Assembly: GCA_937941715.1 (NCBI GenBank)
Contig: CALDGX010000049.1
Span: forward strand, 9,949 to 73,948
From: an uncultured Chloracidobacterium sp.
GTDB lineage: Bacteria > Acidobacteriota > Blastocatellia > Pyrinomonadales > Pyrinomonadaceae
DNA length: 64,000 bases
Direction: 5' to 3'
The position numbers and the translations under genes were made by a program. The notes beneath the pieces were generated by a model that saw only the letters and a program-made list of their open reading frames with translations, made no database searches and was not told the DNA's origin. Below are positions 19,336 through 28,340 of the stretch, piece after piece. Position 1 is the first letter of the stretch. Each line of letters opens with the position of its first letter.

Positions 19336-20820
19336 GTGAAAAAGATCAAACTGCTGACTCTATTTATCCTGCTCTCTGCCTGTGCCGTATTCGGCCAAAC
19401 AAGGCAGTTGCCTGAAATTGCGCGCGAGTTTCGCGGCGTTTGGGTCGCAACGGTTGATAATATCGATTTCCCCTCGAGACGAGATCTCTCCGCCGAGCAA
19501 CAGCAAGCAGAACTTTCAGCGATCGTCGACCTTGCCGTCAAAATGCGGCTTAATGCTGTGATATTTCAAGTTCGGCCGATGGCGGATGCAGTTTACCGCT
19601 CGGAACTCGAACCGTGGTCGGAATTTCTGACCGGGCAAATGGGCAAGGCGCAGGGCTTCGACCCGCTCGCGTTTCTGATTTCTGAGGCACATAAACGCGG
19701 CATTCTGGTTCACGCGTGGTTCAACCCGTATCGGGCTTATCATCCGGCGGCAAAGACGATGTCGGCCGAGCACGTTTCGAAGCGCATGCCGTCGATCGTG
19801 CGCCAGTACGGGCGGTATATGTGGCTCGACCCGACGGACGACGACGCCAAGCAGCATTCGCTCGACGTAATAATGGATGTGGTCCGTCGCTATGACATCG
19901 ACGGCGTGCATTTTGACGACTATTTCTACCCATACGCTGAAAAGGACTCTGCCGGCCGCGATATAGATTTTCCGGACGATGAAAATTACGACGCGTATCT
20001 CAGGCGATCAGCGGCGGCGGTCGGTCCGCTTGACAGGCCCCGACGCCCGCTCAGCCGAGATGATTGGCGGCGGCAAAATGTCGATCAGTTCATTGAGGCG
20101 GTCGGGCGTGAGATCAAGCGGATCAAACCAGAGGTCGTGTACGGCATCTCACCATTCGGTATCTGGCAGCCGATGCCTGACAAAGGCATCACCGGGTTTA
20201 ATGCCTACGAAAGACTTTACGCCGATTCCTTGAAATGGCTTCACGACGGGACCGTCGATTACCTTTCACCGCAACTCTACTGGGAAACCGCTCGGGCCGG
20301 ACAGAGCTTTCCGGTGCTGCTCGACTGGTGGAAAGGCCAGAATGTCAAAAAGCGTTTCATATGGCCGGGCCTCGCGGCATACAGGATCGGCTCGACGCCG
20401 GCCTTCACCGCGGATGAGATCGTGTCACAGATCGGCCTTACCCGGCGTTCGCCGTTGACTGCCGGATCTATCTTTTTCAGTCAGCGATCTTTGCGGAATG
20501 ACCTGGGCGGCATTCAGGCTAAGCTGAGCGGCAAGGCTTTCGCGTCTAACGCCGTCATACCTCATTTCACGTGGATAAAAACAACCGCGATGGGTTCGCC
20601 CCGCGTCACGATTTCACGCGGGGCGAGGTTTGTGACGGCAAAATGGTTTGAGACCGGCCGCCGCAAGGCATTTTGGTTTGTAGTTTATGTCCGCGACAGG
20701 GACGGCTGGAGCCACTCGGTCATTCCGGCGGCCGAGCGTTCGATCACGCTCTCGGCCAACCGCCGGATAACGTCCGTCATAGTCACCGCCGTTGATCGTC
20801 TGGGCAACGAGAGCCGCTGA
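19336..20820 (+). CDS. Glycoside hydrolase-like family 10 (GHL10/DUF187, YngK-like) secreted protein
   Basis: It has a signal peptide and the motifs RGVWVATVDNIDFPS and HAWFNPYR. The GTG start at 19336 lies 3 nt after the hemW stop. Confidence 0.75.
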   Translation: MKKIKLLTLFILLSACAVFGQTRQLPEIAREFRGVWVATVDNIDFPSRRDLSAEQQQAELSAIVDLAVKMRLNAVIFQVRPMADAVYRSELEPWSEFLTGQMGKAQGFDPLAFLISEAHKRGILVHAWFNPYRAYHPAAKTMSAEHVSKRMPSIVRQYGRYMWLDPTDDDAKQHSLDVIMDVVRRYDIDGVHFDDYFYPYAEKDSAGRDIDFPDDENYDAYLRRSAAAVGPLDRPRRPLSRDDWRRQNVDQFIEAVGREIKRIKPEVVYGISPFGIWQPMPDKGITGFNAYERLYADSLKWLHDGTVDYLSPQLYWETARAGQSFPVLLDWWKGQNVKKRFIWPGLAAYRIGSTPAFTADEIVSQIGLTRRSPLTAGSIFFSQRSLRNDLGGIQAKLSGKAFASNAVIPHFTWIKTTAMGSPRVTISRGARFVTAKWFETGRRKAFWFVVYVRDRDGWSHSVIPAAERSITLSANRRITSVIVTAVDRLGNESR

Positions 20821-22332
20821 TCAATTTATCCGCTTGATGCGGCCATCAAGCACCGGAGCAATGGTCGCACTCGGCGCCGACCGTATGGCCGCCTCGAAAA
20901 CGTCCGAGTCCTTAGGCGCCGCAGCTGCACTGCCCAACACCTTTCCTTCCTTGAACATCGTATATCCATCACCCGAACGGGATACCAGAAAATCAGAAGT
21001 CGCGACCGTATAGGTCTTTGCCTCATCCAACGGTGTTCCGCCGACCGTGACCGTGACGACGCGGCTGCCCGCCGGCCTTTTTACATCGTACTCGAATCGC
21101 AGGCCTGATATCTGCGGAAAGCGTCCGGGCTCGCCGTCCTCACCCGGCGCGCTGCGAGCGACACCGTGCTCAAGGATCGCCTTCAGGACCTTCCCGGTCA
21201 CTTCGACCTTTACGATCGGGTTGTTGAAGGGGAGCAGCGAGAGTACGTCGCGCTTGGTCAGCGGGCCTGGTTCGTACGTCAGATCCGCACGGATCGATCC
21301 GCCATTAACAAAGCCAACATCCGCGTTAACCGAGCTTCGATAAGCGTCGGCGATAAAATTGCCAATGTTCGTCTCTTTTGTCCGGCACGAGACTGAAAGG
21401 GCGTCGAGGCGTTCTGAGGTCGCCCCGACCGGCACCGCAAGCTGCTCCAGCAGGCCGCGGTATTTCTCGAATATCGGTGCAAACTCCGGCGCATCGGCGA
21501 TCTTGTCCGTGACCGGGACGATCTCCCAATCAAGGCTTTCAAGCCGCCGCGTCGCGGTGTTGAAATTAAGATTGAACTTGCCCATTTCCCGTGCATCGGC
21601 CGTCATCTTGAAGATCGGCGTGCCGAACGACGAGGATTGCAGCAGAGAGTGTTCGTGGCCGCCGAGTATCAGGTCAAAGTCGGCGCAGCCGGCGAGCTTT
21701 TTATCGTCAGCCATCGACAAATGCGTCAGCCCGATCACGGCATCTGCCTTTTTCTTGCGTCGCATCTCTTTGACGAGTTTCTTTGCGACCGCACAGTAAT
21801 CGGTTACGGCCAGGCTCTCTTCCATTGACGACGTTTGTTTTGTTTCAGGGAGTAACAGGCCGATGATGCCTATCTTGATGCCGCCGATCTCGCGGATCAC
21901 ATACGGCGGAGTATCGGCAAAAATGCGCCCGGTCCTGGTATCGACGACATTGGCACCGAGCCACGTGAATTTCGATTCCTTCATCCGCGCCAGCAGATCG
22001 GGCGTTTTGATATCGAATTCGTGATTGCCGAATACCGCGTAATCAAGGCCGACAGCGTTCCACGCGTCGATCATCTGAGCACCTTTGTACGTTCGTGTTT
22101 CGACCGATGGCGAAACCGTATCGCCGCCGAGCGTGAATATCGTGTTCGGGTTTTCGGCGACCGCGGCTTTTTTCAACGTCAGCAGGCGGGCGAGTCCGCC
22201 GCGCTTACCGCCGTCGACCGGCGCGAATTGATAGACATCATTGACGTGCAAAATGGTGATGCGGACATTCTGGCCAAATACCGCCGACGACGTCAGAAGC
22301 AAAAAGGCAATTGTAATAAAGGATCTAAGCAT
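20821..22332 (-). CDS. Secreted bifunctional metallophosphatase / 5'-nucleotidase (UshA/NadN-like)
   Basis: The signal peptide MLRSFITIAFLLLTSSAVFGQ begins at ATG 22332. Motifs are ILHVNDVYQ, GNHEFD and GGHEH, with a C-terminal 5'-nucleotidase domain. The track start at 22500 would overlap kynA. Confidence 0.85.
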   Translation of the reverse strand: MLRSFITIAFLLLTSSAVFGQNVRITILHVNDVYQFAPVDGGKRGGLARLLTLKKAAVAENPNTIFTLGGDTVSPSVETRTYKGAQMIDAWNAVGLDYAVFGNHEFDIKTPDLLARMKESKFTWLGANVVDTRTGRIFADTPPYVIREIGGIKIGIIGLLLPETKQTSSMEESLAVTDYCAVAKKLVKEMRRKKKADAVIGLTHLSMADDKKLAGCADFDLILGGHEHSLLQSSSFGTPIFKMTADAREMGKFNLNFNTATRRLESLDWEIVPVTDKIADAPEFAPIFEKYRGLLEQLAVPVGATSERLDALSVSCRTKETNIGNFIADAYRSSVNADVGFVNGGSIRADLTYEPGPLTKRDVLSLLPFNNPIVKVEVTGKVLKAILEHGVARSAPGEDGEPGRFPQISGLRFEYDVKRPAGSRVVTVTVGGTPLDEAKTYTVATSDFLVSRSGDGYTMFKEGKVLGSAAAAPKDSDVFEAAIRSAPSATIAPVLDGRIKRIN

Positions 22333-22337
22333 AACGG

Positions 22338-23132
22338 TCACCCCCGGTCTTCGATCTTGAGATGTGTACGGGCCTCCCATATCTCGGGAAAGAACTTCTT
22401 GGTAAGCGTTGTCATCAGATAGCCGACGCCTTCGGACCCGCCGGTGCCGCGTTTCATTCCCAACATCCGTTCGACCATCATCACGTGATGGTAGCGCCAA
22501 AGAGAGATGTTCTCGTCGTGGTCGATCAACAGATCCTGCATTATGAACAGGTCGGCATGCGTTTCAGGACGGGACAGTATTTTGACGATCGCCGCGACCC
22601 GTTCGTCGTGGGTCTTGACTGCGAAACCGGATCGCTCCAACAATGCCCAGAAAGCGTCAGCAAGGCTCGGAGCCTCAAATCGGCGTTTGAGACGTGTATA
22701 AGCGTATTCGTCCTCTTTGAAACTATTCAGTATCCGCTCGTCCTTTTGCCCCGAGGCAAATTCCAACTCGCGAAACTGCATCGACTGAAAACCGCTCGCC
22801 GGATTCAGCTTGTCACGAAATTCCAAAAAGCCGATCTGCGCCATCGACTCGAGCACGTGGATCTGGCCGACCATTACCTTCTCGATCGCGGTCACCGCCC
22901 GAAGGCTGTGGTTAACGCGAAACGCCCGCCCTTCATCCAGCCATCGCACGGTCGCGTCAACTTCGTGAAGTATCTGCTTGAACCACAACTCGTACGTCTG
23001 ATGAATAACGATAAAGAGCAATTCGTCGTGGCTGGTAGGCTCCGAGAGCGTTTCCTGAAGGCTCAGTAACTCGCGGACCTTCAGGTATTTGTTATACGAG
23101 AGTGGTGGATCGATTCCGTATTCTGATGACAT
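22338..23132 (-). CDS. kynA: Tryptophan 2,3-dioxygenase
   Basis: Motifs are YNKYLKVRELLSLQ, HDELLFIVIHQTYELWFKQILHE and RGTGGSEG. ATG 23132 gives a typical length of about 264 aa. Confidence 0.9.
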   Translation of the reverse strand: MSSEYGIDPPLSYNKYLKVRELLSLQETLSEPTSHDELLFIVIHQTYELWFKQILHEVDATVRWLDEGRAFRVNHSLRAVTAIEKVMVGQIHVLESMAQIGFLEFRDKLNPASGFQSMQFRELEFASGQKDERILNSFKEDEYAYTRLKRRFEAPSLADAFWALLERSGFAVKTHDERVAAIVKILSRPETHADLFIMQDLLIDHDENISLWRYHHVMMVERMLGMKRGTGGSEGVGYLMTTLTKKFFPEIWEARTHLKIEDRG

Positions 23133-23221
23133 AAAAATGGATTGAGTACACGCTGTATCATCGTTTATGCCGATATTTATGTCAATTTTCAGGGTTTTTA
23201 GGCAATTTGGCGGAAAACCTC

Positions 23222-23250
23222 TTGACACGCCATTATGATTTCGCTAAATT
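23222..23250 (+). promoter_or_regulatory. Sigma-70-like promoter for the cold-shock gene
   Basis: TTGACA (23222-23227) is separated by a 17-nt spacer from TAAATT (23245-23250). This implies a 5' UTR of about 220 nt. Confidence 0.5.
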
Positions 23251-23478
23251 GGCGTTCGTCAAACGAAAAACTCGCTCAAAATATTCCCAAGGATCTTGCA
23301 GTTTAAGATTACTTTGTCCCGAGATGGTTGTTCCGTTTTCGGGTTTGGTTGTGGTTGCGTTACCAAAAACGCAGTTGTGACGTCGGTGGGATTTTCGTGG
23401 AATTTGTGTCCGCGGCGATTGGTGACAACGCACGGCATTGAATTTTGTTTTTTAATTTTTCGGAGGATTTAAGAAGAG

Positions 23479-23688
23479 ATGTCAAAAGCAATCGGCAAGG
23501 TCAAGTGGTTTAACAACGCCAAGGGATATGGGTTCATCGAGCAGCCCGGTGAACAGGATATTTTCGTGCATTACAGCGCGATATCTGGTGATGGTTACAA
23601 GACCTTGATCCAGGGTCAGGAGGTCGAATTCGAAGTGACCAACGGACCTAAGGGACCGCAGGCGGAGAACGTGGCAACTGTCATGTAA
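23479..23688 (+). CDS. cspA: Cold-shock protein (CspA family)
   Basis: It contains [15 protein letters not shown] (RNP1) and IFVHYS (RNP2). Its length is 69 aa and a GGAGG ribosome-binding site lies upstream. Confidence 0.95.
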   Translation: MSKAIGKVKWFNNAKGYGFIEQPGEQDIFVHYSAISGDGYKTLIQGQEVEFEVTNGPKGPQAENVATVM

Positions 23689-23714
23689 AAGTTGATCGAC
23701 CAGCAAATTGAAAA

Positions 23715-23741
23715 GGCGGGCCCGTATGCGGCCCGCCTTTT
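23715..23741. terminator. Bidirectional rho-independent terminator
   Basis: In aaaa-ggcgggcc-cgtatgc-ggcccgcc-tttt an 8-bp GC stem is flanked by an A-tract and a T-tract. It lies between convergent genes. Confidence 0.75.
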
Positions 23742-23762
23742 GATTTGTCGCTATTAATATTG

Positions 23763-24083
23763 TTACAAAAGTTCTTCGCCCTTTGCTTTCAAACTTCGAC
23801 GCCATAACTCACGATATGACGTAAATCGAGAAACGAGGGTATTGAAATAGTACCTTTGAGCAAACGTCAGGTTCCGGTCGTCGGCCATCCTTTTGATCTG
23901 TGATTCAAGCCGAGCGCGCGACTCGAACGGCGGCCGCTTTGTCGCACCGTTGAAGTAAATATCAAAATCGATCTTCAGCTTGCGAATATCATCCTCAAGC
24001 CGCTTCAGCGACATATCGATCTCGATCGCTTCTTCTTTCTTTGACTGGACCCCGCGGTACAGTTTGTTTCCTATCATTGCCAT
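23763..24083 (-). CDS. Hypothetical coiled-coil protein (106 aa)
   Basis: It is an ORF with an ATG start and clean boundaries between a terminator and the selA promoter region. I recognise no motif. Confidence 0.45.
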   Translation of the reverse strand: MAMIGNKLYRGVQSKKEEAIEIDMSLKRLEDDIRKLKIDFDIYFNGATKRPPFESRARLESQIKRMADDRNLTFAQRYYFNTLVSRFTSYRELWRRSLKAKGEELL

Positions 24084-24188
24084 ATGCTTGGTCTGGGGCT
24101 GCGGCAGGCGGGAGAGCCCTCTGTATTATATACATTGCTAAGTCCGATCTTATTCCGTAAACGCAGTTATGTGAGTTAGAATGCCGTT

Positions 24189-25598
24189 ATGTCCACCGAA
24201 CAGCACACGGTTCAAAATGCTTTGCGCAGCTTGCCGTCGATAGACGAACTAGTACGCACGCTTTTGACCCGGTCAGATATGGCGGAGGCCGGCCATGCCA
24301 GGGTTACTGAGTTTGCCCGGCGCGCGGTCGATTCGGTCCGCACTGACCTGATTGCGGGAAATACGGTCGATCATGATATTGTCCGCCTCGCCGAAACACG
24401 TGCCGCCGAAATGTGGATCCGCCGCCGGCAGGAGAGATCAAAACGCGTGATCAACGCAACCGGTGTGATCATCCACACCAATCTCGGGCGGGCGCCTCTA
24501 TCGGACCGGGCTCGTGCGGCAATTGCCGAAGTCTCAGGCTACTGCACGGTCGAATTCGATCTTGAGGCCGGCGGCCGCGGCCGCCGTGGGGAATATGTCG
24601 AGGGATTGATCGCCGAGGTAACCGGGGCCGAAGCCGCCATTGTCGTCAATAATTGCGCGGCGGCGGCGTTTCTCGTACTTTCCGCCCTGGCCGTCGGCGG
24701 CGAGGTGATCATATCTCGCGGTGAACTGGTCGAGATCGGCGGTGATTTTCGCGTTCCTGACGTTCTGAAAGCATCGGGGGCACGGCTTCGCGAGGTCGGA
24801 ACGACAAATCGGACGAAGATTGCGGACTTTGAGACAGCGTGCGATGAAAACACGCGAATTATACTTCGTGTCCACCCGTCTAATTATCGGATCATTGGAT
24901 TCACCGCGTCCCCGTCGATCCGGGCCCTGGCGGATCTGGCACGACAAAAGGGCGTAATACTGTTCGAAGATATCGGTTCCGGTGCGTTGCTCGGCGTGGG
25001 CGATGAACCAGTGCCGGCTGAGTCATTGGCGAATGGTGCCGATCTCGTAGCATTTAGCGGGGACAAACTGCTCGGAGGCCCGCAATCAGGGATCATCGCC
25101 GGGCGCCGGAATCTGATAGAGTCGCTCCGTAAACACCCGCTCTATCGTGTACTGCGCGTCGACAAACTTACTTATGCCGCACTTGGGGCGACGCTCGAGT
25201 CGTTCGCGAACGGTACGGCCTTACGCGAGATCCCCGTCCTGCAAATGATCAATTACCCTCGCGAAGCGATCGAGGAAAGGGCAACAAGTTTCGCAAATCG
25301 TGTCACATCTCTGAACCTCGGAATATCTGCGGCGATAACTGACGGTAATTCTGTCATCGGCGGCGGATCGGCTCCGGATATTCATCCGCCAACGTCACTT
25401 ATCGCTCTCAGCCATACGGAGATGTCGGCCGACGCTATTGATTCGGAGTTTCGCAAGGGGACGCCGCCCGTCATCACGCGGATCGAGAATGATAAGGTGA
25501 TGATCGACCTGAGAACCGTCGCGAAAGGCGAAGAAGATCTGCTCTTGAGAGCTGTTGCCGCCGTATTTAGCCGTTTCGCTGGGCGAAGTCCCGCATAA
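24189..25598 (+). CDS. selA: L-seryl-tRNA(Sec) selenium transferase
   Basis: Motifs are LRSLPSIDELV, INATGVIIHTNLGRAPL and FSGDKLLGGPQSGII (PLP-binding Lys). Its length is 469 aa. Confidence 0.9.
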   Translation: MSTEQHTVQNALRSLPSIDELVRTLLTRSDMAEAGHARVTEFARRAVDSVRTDLIAGNTVDHDIVRLAETRAAEMWIRRRQERSKRVINATGVIIHTNLGRAPLSDRARAAIAEVSGYCTVEFDLEAGGRGRRGEYVEGLIAEVTGAEAAIVVNNCAAAAFLVLSALAVGGEVIISRGELVEIGGDFRVPDVLKASGARLREVGTTNRTKIADFETACDENTRIILRVHPSNYRIIGFTASPSIRALADLARQKGVILFEDIGSGALLGVGDEPVPAESLANGADLVAFSGDKLLGGPQSGIIAGRRNLIESLRKHPLYRVLRVDKLTYAALGATLESFANGTALREIPVLQMINYPREAIEERATSFANRVTSLNLGISAAITDGNSVIGGGSAPDIHPPTSLIALSHTEMSADAIDSEFRKGTPPVITRIENDKVMIDLRTVAKGEEDLLLRAVAAVFSRFAGRSPA

Positions 25599-26655
25599 AG
25601 TCAACAAGGACCTCGACGCCCTCACGCGGAAACGCATTGTAGATCGACGCCCTGATCCCGCCAAGCGAACGGTGGCCGCGAAGTCCGTCCAGACCGATCG
25701 CCGCTGCCTGATCGCAAAACTCGTTTTCCAGTCTTTCGTCCGGGAGACGAAATGTCACATTCATCAATGAACGTACGGCGCGATCTGCATGTCCCGAATA
25801 GAACCCGTCGCTGCTGTCGATCGCGTCATACAAGATCGAGGCTTTCAGGGTATTCCGCTTTTCAAACTCTTCGACGCCGCCGCCGCTCTTGATCCATTGG
25901 CAAACGAGGCCGATTAGATAGATACCCCACGTATTAGGTGTGTTCGGCATTGAGGCATTCTCGGCGAACTTTCGATAGTCCAGCAGCGAGTGCATCCCGT
26001 CCGGGCAGCGATCCAGCATATCATCGCGAATGATCACCAGTGTTACGCCGCTCGGGCCGATATTCTTTTGAGCTCCGGCGTATATCAATGCGTATCGATC
26101 GATGGAAAGCGGTTTGGACAATATGTTCGACGACGCGTCGCATACGACGGGAATGCCGCCGCCATCGAGTTCGTATTTGAACTCAACACCCTCGATCGTC
26201 TCGTTGGAAGTGTAATGGACGTAGGCCGCGTCCCGCGTGAACGAAAGTTCGTCCGGATCCGGAATGCTACGATGTCCGTTTTCGGCAGATGAATAGACGA
26301 CGTTTACTTTCCCGGTCTTTTTCGCCTCGATCAATGCCTTTTTACCCCAGGCACCAGTTATCACATAGTCGGCCGACCTGCCCGCATGAAGAAAGTTAAT
26401 GGGCACCATCGAAAACTGCATTGTCGCCCCGCCTTGCAGGAATAGGATGCGATAATTGTCGGGAACCGACAACAACTCGCGGATGCCTCGTTCGGCGCTG
26501 TCGAGGATCGCTTCGAAACGCTTCGAGCGGTGGCTGATCTCCATCACGCTCATTCCGCAGCCGTCGACCGAGAGCAGTTCACGCTGAGCTTGTTCGAGCA
26601 CCGGCACAGGCATGATTGCCGGGCCGGCACTAAAGTTGTATATCCTTTTGGTCAT
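25567..26655 (-). CDS. serC: 3-phosphoserine / phosphohydroxythreonine aminotransferase
   Basis: The N-terminus is YNFSAGPAIMP. At 362 aa it resembles class-V aminotransferases throughout. Confidence 0.9.
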   Translation of the reverse strand: MTKRIYNFSAGPAIMPVPVLEQAQRELLSVDGCGMSVMEISHRSKRFEAILDSAERGIRELLSVPDNYRILFLQGGATMQFSMVPINFLHAGRSADYVITGAWGKKALIEAKKTGKVNVVYSSAENGHRSIPDPDELSFTRDAAYVHYTSNETIEGVEFKYELDGGGIPVVCDASSNILSKPLSIDRYALIYAGAQKNIGPSGVTLVIIRDDMLDRCPDGMHSLLDYRKFAENASMPNTPNTWGIYLIGLVCQWIKSGGGVEEFEKRNTLKASILYDAIDSSDGFYSGHADRAVRSLMNVTFRLPDERLENEFCDQAAAIGLDGLRGHRSLGGIRASIYNAFPREGVEVLVDFMRDFAQRNG

Positions 26656-26887
26656 ATGTGCCGATCAGCCGTCGGTAGTACCTAGTGTCCGAACGTAAAC
26701 GATATCACACGGTCCCTCGATTTTCATTAGGGCGGACTAAGCCGAAAATCGATGTACGAAACGGGCTTTGCTTCGATTATTGCTCAAAAGTGGGTTAGAA
26801 TATGTGATATTAACGAACTCTTTTTTTGAGTCCGGCATCAAACGAGCGCGCCCGAGGTGGCGGCCGTAATTACTTTGGAGGATTTCC

Positions 26888-28207
26888 ATGGATCGCAAAG
26901 CTTATTCAATATTATTTTTTACCGCTGCACTTTTGATCTCAGGAGCGATCTCGACGTTCGCCCAGACCGTCGTTACTTCCGGCTCCGTTGAGCTGCTTAA
27001 GGAAGACGGTACCAGAACGCCGGTCAACGGAGCACTGGTCGAGGTATTTCGGACGGACGTTAAGTCGGGTTTCCCCTCGGGCAAGACCGGCAAGAACGGA
27101 GCCTTCAGCTTTGCCGGTTTTCAGCCGGGCGGTGTTTATGTTTTGTCGGTAAGCGCCCCAAATTGTTCGCCGAGCTTTTTGACCAACGTCAAAGCCGGAC
27201 AGGAAAAACTGCTCATCACCCTCAAACCCGGAGACGGTAAACGCTGGACCGAAGATGAGGTTCGCAAGGCGGTCGCGTCAAGCGGTAAGAGTGGCGGTAA
27301 TAGCGAGTCAAGCACCGAACTGACCCCTGAGCAGAAAAAGGCTCAGGCCGAATACGAAGCGAAACGAAAGGAGATTGAATCCAAGAACGCTAAGGCCGAA
27401 AAGACCAATGAAGTGGTCAATCGCGTTATCAAAGAAGGAGCGGCAGCGTTTGAAGCTAAGGACTACGATACGGCAATTATCAAGTACACCGAGGGATACG
27501 AAGTCGATCCGGAATTTATCGGTACCGCACCGGTAATGCTGCTCAACCGCGGGTCTGCCCTTCGCAATCGGGGCGTCGATACCTATAACAAAAACGTTAA
27601 GAACACCGACATCACGGCCAAACTCGAAGCATTTGGCAGGGTCAAGTCGGATCTGGCCGGTGCTCTGGATGTATTCAAGAAGGCGTTTTCGATGATCAAA
27701 AACGCCAACCCCGCCGACGTTCCCGATCAGAACAACGCAAATCGCACCCGTGACGAAGCGGTTCGTGAAGCCAAGGAAACCATCAGATTGATGGTCGTTA
27801 CCGAACAGATCGGTGATGGCGTGATGGAAAACGCCCAGATAATGCTGCCGGAATATGTCGCTCTCGAGGCGGATCCCGTAAAGAAGGCCGAAGGAAGACT
27901 CCTTGTTGCCGACCTTTATCGGGTTGCAGCCGAATCCGAAAAAGCGATCGAGGCCTACAAGGCGATCCTCGAAACAACACCGGAGAACATCGACGCTCTC
28001 GCCGGAGCCGGACTGAGCCTGGTTAACCTTGGCTACATCAATAACGACAAGACCAAACTTCAGGAAGGTGCCAACTTGCTCCAGAAATACGCAAGTCTTG
28101 CTCCGGATGGCCATAAATTCAAGGCTGACGCTCTGGGGTTGATCGACACGCTCAAGAAAGAGCAGAATGTTACGCCTCAAAAGGTGACGACCAAGAAAAA
28201 GAACTAG
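26888..28207 (+). CDS. Secreted CarboxypepD_reg-like domain + Lys/Glu-rich linker + TPR protein
   Basis: A signal peptide is followed by the beta-sandwich segment GALVEVFRTD..GKTGKNGAFSFAGFQPGGVYVLSV. Next comes the charged stretch EQKKAQAEYEAKRKEIESKNAKAEK, and then TPR-like helices. Confidence 0.65.
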   Translation: MDRKAYSILFFTAALLISGAISTFAQTVVTSGSVELLKEDGTRTPVNGALVEVFRTDVKSGFPSGKTGKNGAFSFAGFQPGGVYVLSVSAPNCSPSFLTNVKAGQEKLLITLKPGDGKRWTEDEVRKAVASSGKSGGNSESSTELTPEQKKAQAEYEAKRKEIESKNAKAEKTNEVVNRVIKEGAAAFEAKDYDTAIIKYTEGYEVDPEFIGTAPVMLLNRGSALRNRGVDTYNKNVKNTDITAKLEAFGRVKSDLAGALDVFKKAFSMIKNANPADVPDQNNANRTRDEAVREAKETIRLMVVTEQIGDGVMENAQIMLPEYVALEADPVKKAEGRLLVADLYRVAAESEKAIEAYKAILETTPENIDALAGAGLSLVNLGYINNDKTKLQEGANLLQKYASLAPDGHKFKADALGLIDTLKKEQNVTPQKVTTKKKN

Positions 28208-28231
28208 TTTTCGGTCGATTCTGATCGTGTG

Positions 28232-28269
28232 TGCCGTACCGAGTAACTCGGTACGGCATTTTCTTTTTT
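28232..28269 (+). terminator. Strong rho-independent terminator
   Basis: A 12-bp perfect stem (tgccgtaccgag / ctcggtacggca) is followed by ttttctttttt. Confidence 0.85.
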
Positions 28270-28340
28270 GTCACAAAATTACCGGCGGCGGTGTTTCCAT
28301 TTCGTTAAGCAATTATCATCACGATCCGGAGGCAATAATC

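Noticed and set aside
22333-22500. N-terminal extensions in the ORF track, here on the nucleotidase gene and likewise at 23133-23228, 28227-28340, 39052-39099, 58428-58460 and 60018-60161.
   Set aside because: The extensions start at TTG, GTG or CTG. They overlap upstream genes or run through terminators, they are basic and low complexity, and an internal ATG followed by a signal peptide or conserved N-terminus fits better.
23233-23433. A 66-aa minus-strand ORF inside the cold-shock gene leader.
   Set aside because: It has no ribosome-binding site and a basic, low-complexity product. The region is better explained as the csp 5' UTR.
27308-28180. A 290-aa minus-strand ORF antisense to the TPR protein gene.
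   Set aside because: It has no motif, signal or ribosome-binding site. The sense strand has a signal peptide and a domain structure and is followed by a strong terminator.
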